Source: Deltaproteobacteria bacterium
GTDB taxonomy: Bacteria; Myxococcota; Kuafuiibacteriia; Kuafuiibacteriales; Kuafuiibacteriaceae
Direction: 5' to 3'
DNA: 64,000 nt
Assembly (NCBI GenBank): GCA_040218735.1
Contig: JAVJQW010000046.1
Location: forward strand, 1 to 64,000
Shown here: piece after piece, positions 1 through 8,922 of the stretch
Layout of the letters: each line of letters starts with the position of its first letter
Numbering within the stretch: the first letter of the stretch is position 1
Translations under genes and position numbers: made by a program
Notes under the pieces: model-generated
The model's input: only the letters and a program-made list of their open reading frames with translations
Told to the model about the DNA's origin: nothing
Database searches by the model: none

Positions 1-419
1 GCTCTTCGCGCCGGGGAACTCGGTGGCGATGAGCATCTCGACCTCGGCCTTGGACTTGTTCCGCGCCTGCTCGACGAGGCTGTGGGCGTTGTCGTCGTTC
101 ATGAACTTCGAGAGCTTCGCGACGCCCGTCATGTGCAGCTCACCGGTCGCGATCATCTGGAAGTCTCGGGCACCCGATGCGCCGCGCGCACCACGGCGAC
201 GCGCCGGCACGCCTGGTCCTCGGTCAGCCCGAGCCCCTCGACACAGAACCGAAACAGCGAGCTGAAGCCGCGCTCCACGTAGAGCTTACGCCGCTCGATC
301 TCCGCCATGAACAGGAGCGCCTGCATACCGCACTTCAGCTCCGCTCGAAGCGCCTCGCGAAGTCCGCTCAGGAGATCATTCTGGGTCATGCAAGACAGGT
401 TGCAAGCGTCCGCGCTCAT
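1..419 (-). pseudogene. DUF222/HNH-endonuclease-family gene (myxobacterial type), frameshifted near 163 and running off the window edge
   Basis: ORF 153-419 (AEIERRKLYVERGFSSLFRFCVEGLGLTEDQACRRV) stops early. A shifted frame continues FQMIATGELHMTGVAKLSKFMNDDNAHSLVEQARNKSKAEVEMLIATEFP, which matches the continuation I expect for this family. Confidence 0.7.
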
Positions 420-1036
420 GCATCGAACGTATCATCGAGCCCTGGGAACGTGATTTGGCAGGGCTCGAGGATGACGGCCTCATACGTGCGAGGACGCACG
501 ATACGGACCGTCAGCGTCCGGCTATGAGTCCAAGCTCGAAAACTTCGAAACGGACTGCGTTCGTCGAGCAGATGGCCCGGACAGGCCCTTTGATTCCGTC
601 AACCCCCAAAAGAGAGAAAGAAGATTCTTCCGCAACTCAACTTGCGCGACCGGCGGTCCCCCCTGACCAGCCGGCGAACCTCACTGGTCCATCGCAGCCC
701 TCGACCGCCGCCGGCGCAATCATCCGACGCTGATTCTCGTGGTCTCGTTGAAACGCGTCGAAGACGGCGTGGATTACTCGCGTGCGAGGCCGCGGAGATC
801 CATCTTCGTGGATGACCGCGCCGCGAGCGCTACATGGGGAGCATGGCGAGTGCCTCCGACCATCGAGCGGCGCCGACCGCCGTCCTCCTTCCGACGTGGA
901 GCGCGGGCCGCGCGGGCCGGCGGGGCACCAGCGTCGGGAGATGGTTCCAAGGTGCGTCGGCGCGTCATGCCCCGCCTACGGCGTTTCCAGGCGGCCCAGA
1001 TCCGCTAAGTCAACGGCATTGGTGCCAAGCCCTGCC

Positions 1037-1609
1037 CTAGCGCGCTTCGGCCACCCGCTTCGCCCACGCGTTCGCTTCCGGCACCACGAACCGCTCCACG
1101 GCGCCGTCCGTCGTCACGTGGAGCATCATCGACATCACCAGCCCCTGTCGCGCGACGACGCGGTTCCACGCGACGTCGTCGATCGCGGCGAGCGGGATCT
1201 CCAGCGGCGCCAACTGCACGTTGAAGCGGTGGGGCTCGAACACCAGGCGCCGGTCGGTGAGCACGAGGTGCCCTCCGCGGCCCTCGGCGCCTAGGAAGTG
1301 ATTTGCGCGGGTGCGGTGCACGACGGGCTCTCCCTCCGCCGGGACGAACGGCGTCGTCTTCTTCATCGCGCGCGACAGGAAGAAGCCCGGGAGGCCGATC
1401 ATCACGCCGAACCCGAAGCCGACGAGCGGCGCGATGAGCAGCAGCTCCGGCCCGATCGGTTTGCCGTTCGTCGTCGCCACGTCGTAGAGCCACGCACCGA
1501 ACACGACCGTACCGATCAGCCCCGGCACAAGCAGCCACCACCGCGTGAACAGATAGATCGCGCTCTTGATCCCGGGACCTGCCGCCGACGTGTCCTCGAG
1601 TTGCCTCAC
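1037..1609 (-). CDS. Membrane protein with two TM helices and a C-terminal GRAM/PH-like domain
   Basis: Two hydrophobic segments, then ANHF..EGRGGHLVLTDRRLVFEPH, typical of bacterial GRAM/PH-like domains. Confidence 0.7.
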   Translation of the reverse strand: MRQLEDTSAAGPGIKSAIYLFTRWWLLVPGLIGTVVFGAWLYDVATTNGKPIGPELLLIAPLVGFGFGVMIGLPGFFLSRAMKKTTPFVPAEGEPVVHRTRANHFLGAEGRGGHLVLTDRRLVFEPHRFNVQLAPLEIPLAAIDDVAWNRVVARQGLVMSMMLHVTTDGAVERFVVPEANAWAKRVAEAR

Positions 1610-1641
1610 GCCTGGCGTTCGACCACATCACGCGCGAGGCG

Positions 1642-2967
1642 TCACGCGAGATCGCCGGGTGTGATCGCCACCGTCCGCTCCACGCCGATCACATCGAGGA
1701 ACGCCGCGTCGTGGCTCGCGACGACCAGCGCCCCCGGCCACGCCGACAACGCGTTCACCAACGCGCGCCGGCCCTCGAAGTCGAGGTGCTCCGTCGGCTC
1801 GTCGAGGATGAGCAGCTCCACCGGCGGGTCGCGGCGCCAACACTGGATCAGCGCGGCGCGCGCGCGTTCGCCCGGGCTCAGCGAAGCGAGCGGACGCTCC
1901 GCGAGCGCGAGGGGGAAGCCGTGCGCGACGAGCAGCTCGGCAATCTGGGGGGGCGATGCGAACAGCCGCTCGACGAGGGTCTCGTTCGAACCGTCGACGC
2001 CCCCCTGCCGAATGATCGCCGTCCGCTCCGGCGGAGCGGCGTCGGCGAGCCGTTCGAGCAGCGTCGTCTTCCCCGCGCCGTTCGGTCCGACCACCCCCAC
2101 GCGGTCCCGCGGTCCTACCGCCAGCGGCCCCACCGTCACCGAAGCGCCGAGCAGCTCGGGGAGCGTCGGCGGGACCAGCTCGAGCGGCAGCGAAACGCTC
2201 AACATCCGACGCGCCGCCTCCGCGTACGCGCGCGCGTCGGCGACGGTCGCGTCGAGCCGACCGAAGCGCCGCCCCTGACTCTCCTGCGCGTAGCTGCGGT
2301 TGGTGTTGAGCATCCGTTTGTTCGGACACCGGTCGACCTCGTTCATGCGCCCGCGGTTCTTCTTGCGGAGTCGGCTCTGCCTCACCTTGTGGATGCGACG
2401 CTCCTTGTCGACGAGCCGCCGCAGCTGTCGCGCGTACCCGAGCTCGCGCTGCTTCCGGTCTTCCTCCAGCCGAGTCTCCAGCGCGTCGAACGAACCTTCG
2501 AACGCCCAGCACCCGGACTCCGCCGCGACGAAGAACCGCGAGAACACCGCGAGCAGACGCGGGTCGTGCGACACCACGATCAGCGCGCCGGGCCACTTCG
2601 GTATCCACGCCGCGAGCCACGCCACCCCGCGCGCGTCGAGGTCCTGCGTCGGTTCGTCGAGCAGAAGCAGATCCGGGAGAGTGCGCTTCGCCCGGACGAG
2701 CGCGCGTTTGCGGCGCTCGCCCGGGCTCCCTTCGTCGCCCGTCAGCTCCTGCGGGACGAGCACCACCGAACCGCGCCGAATCACGCGGCCGCCGTTCGCG
2801 TCTTCGTCGCCCGCGAGCACCGACAGCAGCGTCGACTTCCCCGCGCCGTTCCGACCGATCAGCGCGACGTGTTCGTCGGTGAGCGACAACGCCAGCTCGC
2901 GGAAGAGCGGGCGGCCGACCGGAGTGTCGACCGAGAGGTTCCTCGTTTCGATCACCGCGTGCATCAC
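1642..2967 (-). CDS. ABC-F family ribosome-associated ATPase (compact, 441 aa)
   Basis: Two NBDs (GRNGAGKS/LLLDEPT/VSHD and GPNGAGKT/LILDEPT/ASHD), a long basic helical linker and no TM segments. ATGA overlap with the upstream hflX. Confidence 0.88.
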   Translation of the reverse strand: MMHAVIETRNLSVDTPVGRPLFRELALSLTDEHVALIGRNGAGKSTLLSVLAGDEDANGGRVIRRGSVVLVPQELTGDEGSPGERRKRALVRAKRTLPDLLLLDEPTQDLDARGVAWLAAWIPKWPGALIVVSHDPRLLAVFSRFFVAAESGCWAFEGSFDALETRLEEDRKQRELGYARQLRRLVDKERRIHKVRQSRLRKKNRGRMNEVDRCPNKRMLNTNRSYAQESQGRRFGRLDATVADARAYAEAARRMLSVSLPLELVPPTLPELLGASVTVGPLAVGPRDRVGVVGPNGAGKTTLLERLADAAPPERTAIIRQGGVDGSNETLVERLFASPPQIAELLVAHGFPLALAERPLASLSPGERARAALIQCWRRDPPVELLILDEPTEHLDFEGRRALVNALSAWPGALVVASHDAAFLDVIGVERTVAITPGDLA

Positions 2968-4337
2968 GCCTGCCTCCCGCGCAGCGCGCGTTCGATCGCC
3001 GCGATGACCTCCGGGTCGCCGCCCAACGTGAACCGGACGCCGCGCTCCACCGAGCGTGCGTCGACGACCCGCGCCTTCGCGTAGACCATCGACATCACGT
3101 CGGCTGCCTCGTACGGGACGAACAGCTTGGTGAGCGCACCTTCGCCGCGCGCTGCGCGGACGATCCGCGTCGCGAGCTCGGCGACGGCGCCCTCGTCGAA
3201 GCTGCTCAACACCACGTACGGCCGACCGAGCGTCAGCGCGCGGATCTCGTTCGAGCTCAACGGTCGGCCGAGTTTGTCGGCCTTGTTGAGCACGAACAGC
3301 CGCTCGGTCTCGCCGGCCCCCAGCTCCTCGAGCAGCGCCTCGGTCGTGGCGACCTGCTCCTCGCGCTCCGGATCCGCGGCGTCTACGACGACGACCAACA
3401 GCGACGCCTCGCGCACCTCGGCGAGCGTCGAAGCGAAGCTCGCCATCAGCCGCTCCGGCAGCCGCCGGATGAATCCGACGGTGTCGCTGATCAACACGTC
3501 GCCGCCGTGCCGCGTGAGGTTCCGCGACGTGGTGTCGAGGGTCTCGAACGGCACGTCGCGCGCGGACAGCTCCGCTGCCGTGAGTGCGTTCATCAACGAC
3601 GTCTTGCCCGCGTTGGTGTAGCCGACGAGCACCACGCGCCGTGACGAGCCGCGCCCCTGTCGCCGCGTCCCTTCCGACCGCTCCAACCGTTCGTTCGATC
3701 GTCGGAGCTCGGCGAGCCGACCGTCGAGCTGACGGGCGAGCAGCTCGGAGGCCGTCTCGCCCGCGCCGCGCAGCGGGCCGGCGCCGCCGGTCTGCTGATC
3801 CATGTCGAGCCCGAGCCCCCGAATGCGGGGACGCAGGTATTCGAGCCGCGCGATCTCCACCTGGATGCGCGCGCGTTTCGTCTGCGCGTGCCGGATGAAG
3901 ACCTCCAGGATCACGCCTTCGCGATCCGCGACCGGGAGCCCGGTGGCGTCTTCGAGGTTGCGCGTCTGGGACGGCGTCAGCTCGGCGTCGAGGATCAATA
4001 GGTCTGCACCGGCCGCGCGCGCTTCGTCGCCGACGCGCTCACACACCCCCTTGGTGAGGAGCGTGCGCGGCTCGGTCCGCGTGAGGACCTGCGTGCTGTA
4101 GCCGACGACCGCGTCGCCCTTGGCGCCGACCAGCGCGAGGATCTCGGCGAGCCTCGCCTCGCGCACGTAGTCGGGGTCCGACGGTGCCGCGACCGAGACG
4201 ACGTAGGCCGGGACGCGGTGCGCCACGTCGCGCTTCGCGTTGCGTTCGGACCAGTACGCGACGATGCCCTCGAAGCGTCCCTGGTCCGCGACGGGCACCT
4301 CACGGTGCTCCGCCACGGGCTTGGAAGTGAATTTCAT
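2964..4337 (-). CDS. hflX: HflX-family ribosome-splitting GTPase (possibly HflXr-like)
   Basis: G1 GYTNAGKTS, G2 FETLD, G3 DTVGF, G4 NKAD; LTPSQTRNLE, IQVEIARLEYLRPR and RGAGET. Start placed at ATG 4337 with AGAGG upstream. Confidence 0.92.
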   Translation of the reverse strand: MKFTSKPVAEHREVPVADQGRFEGIVAYWSERNAKRDVAHRVPAYVVSVAAPSDPDYVREARLAEILALVGAKGDAVVGYSTQVLTRTEPRTLLTKGVCERVGDEARAAGADLLILDAELTPSQTRNLEDATGLPVADREGVILEVFIRHAQTKRARIQVEIARLEYLRPRIRGLGLDMDQQTGGAGPLRGAGETASELLARQLDGRLAELRRSNERLERSEGTRRQGRGSSRRVVLVGYTNAGKTSLMNALTAAELSARDVPFETLDTTSRNLTRHGGDVLISDTVGFIRRLPERLMASFASTLAEVREASLLVVVVDAADPEREEQVATTEALLEELGAGETERLFVLNKADKLGRPLSSNEIRALTLGRPYVVLSSFDEGAVAELATRIVRAARGEGALTKLFVPYEAADVMSMVYAKARVVDARSVERGVRFTLGGDPEVIAAIERALRGRQA

Positions 4338-4427
4338 GTCGATGTCCTCTCTCGACGGCCGCACGGGCGCACACGGCGCTCATCGAGCGGCCGAGCCTGA
4401 CCAACGAAAGGAGGTGCCAGGAGTGAA

Positions 4428-4448
4428 TTACAAGAATTCGTAGAACAT
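4428..4448 (-). promoter_or_regulatory. Putative leader-peptide uORF MFYEFL* (attenuator) upstream of the hflX/ABC-F operon
   Basis: Minus strand reads GGGAG-tccttcg-ATG TTC TAC GAA TTC TTG TAA, followed by the anti-SD-like CACCTCCTTTC (4416-4406). Confidence 0.6.
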
Positions 4449-4504
4449 CGAAGGACTCCCGAAGGAGCCATCAAAGTACCAGCGACGCGCGAGCCCGTCG
4501 AGCG

Positions 4505-6112
4505 TCAATTGAACGGGATGCAGATCGACCCGATGATCGGACACACAAAACACAGGCCCTGACACCCGGGGCACGTGAACTGCGGCGGCGCCTGCGTCAC
4601 CACACACTCACCCGCCGCCGTGCAGACGCCCGCGACGTCCTGGTCCACCAGACCGAGGCAGATCTCGTAGGTCGCGAGACACGTGACCCCCGCCGTGGGC
4701 AGACACGTTCCGGCGGAGCACGTCCCCGTCGGGCACTCCTGCGAAGTCGTCGTACACGCGCCGCCGCTGATCGGCGGGTTGCTGCAGCCCGAGACCGGGT
4801 CACACATGTCCGCGGTGCAAGCGTTGTTGTCGCCGCAGGTGTCGACCGCACCGCTGCGGCACTGGCCCGCGTTGCAGAAGTCACCGACGGTGCACGCGTC
4901 GCTGTCGTTACACGTGATCTGCGAGACCGGGTACTCACACTGACCGGCGTTGCACGTGCCGTTCATGTTGTAGACCTCGAGCGTCGTGCCGTCCGAGCAG
5001 ACGGAGGGCGGCGGCGTCGTGCAGACGAGCGGCGTGCCGGCGCACGTCCCGTTGTTGCAGACGTCGTTGTTCGTGCACGCGTCGCCGTCGTCGCACGGCC
5101 CCGCGACCGCGGTGTACGAACACGTGCCGTTGTTGCACGTCCCCATCGGGAGGTAACACGCCGGGAACGGCGGCTGGTCGCAGACGACGCCCGCGCACGG
5201 GTCGCCGTTACAGACGCCGTCCGTGCACCCGAACTGGCACTGCTGCTCCTGCTGCATGTACTCACACGCGCCGGTGCCCTGGTTGCAGACGCCCTGCGCG
5301 CTCCAGAAGCGCCGCGTGGTCGCGTCGACGCAGAGCGCCTCGGGCGGTGTGTCGCAGACGATCTGATCGCCGACGCACGCGCCCTCCGCGCAGCGGTCGT
5401 TGAGCGTGCACGGCTTCTCGTCGTCGCACGTCCCCTCGTTGTTGACGACGTACTCACACGCACCCTCGCGGCACATCCCGGCCGCGAAGAAACACGCGCT
5501 CGGCGGCGTGTTGCACGCCACCCCCGCGCACGGATCGCCGCGGCAGGTCCCGGTGTCGTCGTTGCAGCCGCGGTCGCACTGCTCGTCGACGTAGTTGTGC
5601 TCGCAGCGTCCGTCCGCGCAGACGCCCAGCGGCTCGTAGCGGCGGCTGCTGTTCTGCGTGATGCAGATCGGCGCCGGCGGTGTCGCGCAGTTCACACCCG
5701 CGCACGGATCACGTGGCACACCCGTGCCGCGGAGGGTGACCATCAGCGTCTCTTCGTTGCTGCTGTTGTTCGGGATGGTGAAGAACGTCTCGTACGGCTG
5801 CGGGTCGAAGGGGCTGAAGCGCACCTCCAGCACGGCCTCGTCCTCGGGGAGCACCGCTTCCTTGTCGAGGCGCACCGAGAAGACGCCGTTGAGGGAGTCG
5901 CCGTCCGGCAGCTCGAGGTTCAGCTGAATCTGGCCCTTGTTGATCAGGAAGATGGAGCGCGCTTCGGTCGAGCCGACCTCACGCTCGCCGAAGTCCAGCT
6001 CCAGCGTCGAAGCGGCGATGAACGGCGGCGTGCGGTTCAGCGTCGCGCCCTGATCACACGCCGCGCTCACGGCGATCGGGAGGAGCAGAGCGAGTTTACG
6101 GCAAGGACCCAT
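4505..6112 (-). CDS. Cys-rich lipoprotein with an N-terminal Ig-like (choice-of-anchor D/ASH-like) domain
   Basis: Signal peptide ending VSAAC; LDFG...I.N.G...L...F.P...SNE motif; repeated DPCAGVxCxxPP and CDDGDACTxxDxC units. Confidence 0.82.
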   Translation of the reverse strand: MGPCRKLALLLPIAVSAACDQGATLNRTPPFIAASTLELDFGEREVGSTEARSIFLINKGQIQLNLELPDGDSLNGVFSVRLDKEAVLPEDEAVLEVRFSPFDPQPYETFFTIPNNSSNEETLMVTLRGTGVPRDPCAGVNCATPPAPICITQNSSRRYEPLGVCADGRCEHNYVDEQCDRGCNDDTGTCRGDPCAGVACNTPPSACFFAAGMCREGACEYVVNNEGTCDDEKPCTLNDRCAEGACVGDQIVCDTPPEALCVDATTRRFWSAQGVCNQGTGACEYMQQEQQCQFGCTDGVCNGDPCAGVVCDQPPFPACYLPMGTCNNGTCSYTAVAGPCDDGDACTNNDVCNNGTCAGTPLVCTTPPPSVCSDGTTLEVYNMNGTCNAGQCEYPVSQITCNDSDACTVGDFCNAGQCRSGAVDTCGDNNACTADMCDPVSGCSNPPISGGACTTTSQECPTGTCSAGTCLPTAGVTCLATYEICLGLVDQDVAGVCTAAGECVVTQAPPQFTCPGCQGLCFVCPIIGSICIPFN

Positions 6113-6196
6113 CGCGCCGGACGCTAGACCATCGCGCCGGTGCCGCCAATCGTACGGCGTCCCGACGCAGAGCCCCCCGCGAACGGGTCATTCGGC

Positions 6197-7867
6197 TCAC
6201 TGCGCAAGGATGTGCTCGATGTCGAACTGCACGGTCTCCAGTACGTAGGGCGCCGGCGAGCCGAACGCCTCCAGCCCCGGACCGTCGCGCAACGCTTGCT
6301 CCGACACCCACGCCGTCCGTGCCGTCGTTGGATCCGTGAGGAGGAACTGGCGCCCGTCGGGGCCGTCGCGCACGTCGGTCGCGACGACCGCGTGGCCGCT
6401 GGAGTGCCCGGGGATCTGCATCCCGATGGCGGCGTGACCCGTCGCGTCGAGCTGCGCCGCGAGCCGGTCGAAGGCGTCCGGGAAGTCCTCGACGCGCTGT
6501 CGGATGTACGGGCGCTGCGCGATCTCCGCGAGCGCGCTGCCGGTGTCCATACCGGTGTAGCTGCCGTGCGCCTCCATCGTCTCGGCGTTCGTGCGCAGCT
6601 GGTCGAGGAGCTCGGTCGGGAGGTCGACGCCGTTCGCGCGCAGGTCGGCGAGCGCCGCGTCGAACCCCGCTTGGTCGAAGTCCTGTCCCTTCGCGTAGGC
6701 CTTCAGGTGATCGACGGCGGTCGAGTCGATCTTCCCGGCTTCGATCAGCGCCCCGATCTGCGGGCCGTACAAACCATTGATCGTGTCCGCGGGCTCGCGG
6801 TCGATCGCGAGGCCGCTGACGGTCTCGGCCCCGGGCGGAGCCTCCCAGCCGTCGGGGACCTCGACGCCTTGGAAGAACGTGCGCTCGCGCTCGAGGGTCG
6901 CGCGTTGCTGCTCGGTCGCCGCTTCGAAGCCCGTGTTGTGAACGTCGCGCGCGTAGACCGGATCGATCTCGCCTCTCACGATCTGCGCGACGGTCGGGGC
7001 GCAGGAATGCGTGAACGCCTGCGGCAGCGCGTCGTTGTCACCGCGGTCGTCGGTCGCGCCGATCCACGGGCGGTCCGGATCGATCGCCTGCGTGTTTGCC
7101 TCGTGCACGTCGGTGAGGGTTGTGGTGCGCGTCAGCTCGTCGCGCGGTAGCCCTCGGATGTCCTCGGCAAACGCTTCGACGTCGTCCAGGCCCTCCACCG
7201 ATCCCCCGGGCATCTGCGGCGCGCGTGCGCCGATGGCCTTCAGGATCAGCGCCTGCTCGGCGCTCGGCGACGCGCCGCCGGGGCGACGTCCGCCGGGGCG
7301 CCCCGCCTGGTCGAGGAGGTCCGTCACCCGCGCGCGTTCGGCGGGGTCGAGCGCGCCGAGGGTGTCGGCGGCGGCCCGCGCGTCGTTCGGGCTCAGCACG
7401 CCCGCCTGCCCGCGGGGGCTGTCGCTGCGCGGCGTCGCGACGCCGTTGGTGAGGATGCGACGCTCGCGCTCGTTGATCGCGGGGTGGCCGATGAGCGCTT
7501 CGTACGTGCCGAGCGCGCGCTCGGCGTTGGGGCCGCCGGCCGCGCGGCGCAGCGACGCTTCCGTCTGCGCACGGTCCGATGCGCCGAGCGTCGCGAGGTG
7601 TCCCGCGACGAGGTCTGCGTCGGCGAAGCCGGACAGATCGAACCCGCTGGCTTCGATCGCCGCGCGCTGGACCGCGCCCGCGTCGCGCATCTGTTGGCGC
7701 GCGGCTTCCGCCGCGGCGGGATCCGGTCCGTCCGCGGCCGCGCCCGAGAACAAGACGTCGGCGAGCCCGTCCGGGAACCCGACCGGCGGCGCTTCAACGC
7801 CGTCGACGACGGAGGGGCCCGGCGGGCCGAGGGTGGGGCGGGGACCGAGACCGTTCAACGGGGACAC
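6197..7867 (-). CDS. Hypothetical protein with a C-terminal papain-like (C39-like) cysteine peptidase domain
   Basis: QAFTHSCAPT (Gln/Cys), GHAVV (His) and LLTDP (Asp). Start placed at GTG 7867 with GAGG upstream; the ORF track extends to 8101. Confidence 0.65.
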   Translation of the reverse strand: MSPLNGLGPRPTLGPPGPSVVDGVEAPPVGFPDGLADVLFSGAAADGPDPAAAEAARQQMRDAGAVQRAAIEASGFDLSGFADADLVAGHLATLGASDRAQTEASLRRAAGGPNAERALGTYEALIGHPAINERERRILTNGVATPRSDSPRGQAGVLSPNDARAAADTLGALDPAERARVTDLLDQAGRPGGRRPGGASPSAEQALILKAIGARAPQMPGGSVEGLDDVEAFAEDIRGLPRDELTRTTTLTDVHEANTQAIDPDRPWIGATDDRGDNDALPQAFTHSCAPTVAQIVRGEIDPVYARDVHNTGFEAATEQQRATLERERTFFQGVEVPDGWEAPPGAETVSGLAIDREPADTINGLYGPQIGALIEAGKIDSTAVDHLKAYAKGQDFDQAGFDAALADLRANGVDLPTELLDQLRTNAETMEAHGSYTGMDTGSALAEIAQRPYIRQRVEDFPDAFDRLAAQLDATGHAAIGMQIPGHSSGHAVVATDVRDGPDGRQFLLTDPTTARTAWVSEQALRDGPGLEAFGSPAPYVLETVQFDIEHILAQ

Positions 7868-8108
7868 GCAGGGAGCCTCAGCAGGTTCCGTACCGGACTC
7901 GGCGTCGGTCCCTCGAAGCAGGGACTGTCGCCGACGGCCTACAGATCGCCGTCGGTAGAGTTCAGTACACGTGCGGTCCCCGCGTCGGCGGTAGTCGCAC
8001 CGCACACCTTGCCCTGCGCCTGCCTCGTGGAACGTCTGTTGCGAATACGAAAACCGCAGGACGGGCACCTTGTTCCGGCTTTCGATGGCTTCTAGCTTCA
8101 CAACTCGG

Positions 8109-8894
8109 ATGTGTGACGAGCTTCACGTCCGCGTCGAAGCGGCCGCGGGTCTGCTCGATCTTGCGAGTCTGTCGGTTCGTACGGCGTTCGAGAAAACGCG
8201 CGCGTACGCGAACACGATCGCCGCCGTCGCGATCCCGCAGCCGACGGGGCAGGCCGGCCTCGACCTCTGGAACGAGGTCGCGCCCGAGGTGCAGTGCCTC
8301 CTCGCATCGACGCAGCAGCTCTGTACCGAGCTCGACGCTCTGGGTGGACTCGGCCGCGGCCGCGCGCTCGACGAAGAGCTCGCCACGATCGTCGAGTTCC
8401 TGCGCGCCGACATGCAGCGTTTCTGCCATCGCGTCGGTAACGGTGCCCTCGACGACGCGTGGCTCCTAACCGCGAACGTCGAAGCGCTCGCGCGCGGATG
8501 TCACAGCGCCGTGACGGGACTTTTGTCTCTCTTCGTCCGGGCGACACACGGTCGTCACGCACCGGCAGTCGCGCAGTTCCTCGCGGCCGACCTTCGGCGT
8601 CGCACGGAGACGGTGCGTCAGCTGCGCGGGCTCACGGACCTCGTGCAGGAGTTGGAGCAGAATCCTCGGGCGCAGCCGTCGCAGACGACGGCCACCCTCG
8701 AAGACGCGCTCGCTGCGTTCGTCGCCGCCGGTGCCCTCCACTCCATGCCCGTCGAGATGCGGCGCGACTTCATCGCGTTTCGTCTGAACCTGTTGGAGGT
8801 CGACGGTCCGAGCACGCTTCGCCCCGCGCTCGAAGGTTTTTTGAGGTTCCTCGAGGTCCTCACCCACCAAGTCGCGAAGGGACAGAGCTGGTGA
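8109..8894 (+). CDS. Hypothetical alpha-helical protein, first gene of the FIST-kinase operon
   Basis: Balanced amino-acid composition and amphipathic helices; 28 nt upstream of the 2208-aa gene. Start uncertain (8070 or 8109). Confidence 0.65.
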   Translation: MCDELHVRVEAAAGLLDLASLSVRTAFEKTRAYANTIAAVAIPQPTGQAGLDLWNEVAPEVQCLLASTQQLCTELDALGGLGRGRALDEELATIVEFLRADMQRFCHRVGNGALDDAWLLTANVEALARGCHSAVTGLLSLFVRATHGRHAPAVAQFLAADLRRRTETVRQLRGLTDLVQELEQNPRAQPSQTTATLEDALAAFVAAGALHSMPVEMRRDFIAFRLNLLEVDGPSTLRPALEGFLRFLEVLTHQVAKGQSW

Positions 8895-8922
8895 GCTGTC
8901 TCGACGCACAGATCCGAGCGAG

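Noticed and set aside
420-1030. Short ORFs of 64-170 aa in both directions
   Set aside because: Arg/Pro/Ser-rich with no recognisable motifs; treated as intergenic.
4406-4443. Perfect plus-strand SD (AAAGGAGGTG) followed by GTG...VNYKNS*
   Set aside because: More simply explained as the complement of the anti-SD and uORF on the hflX leader strand. Not fully excluded.
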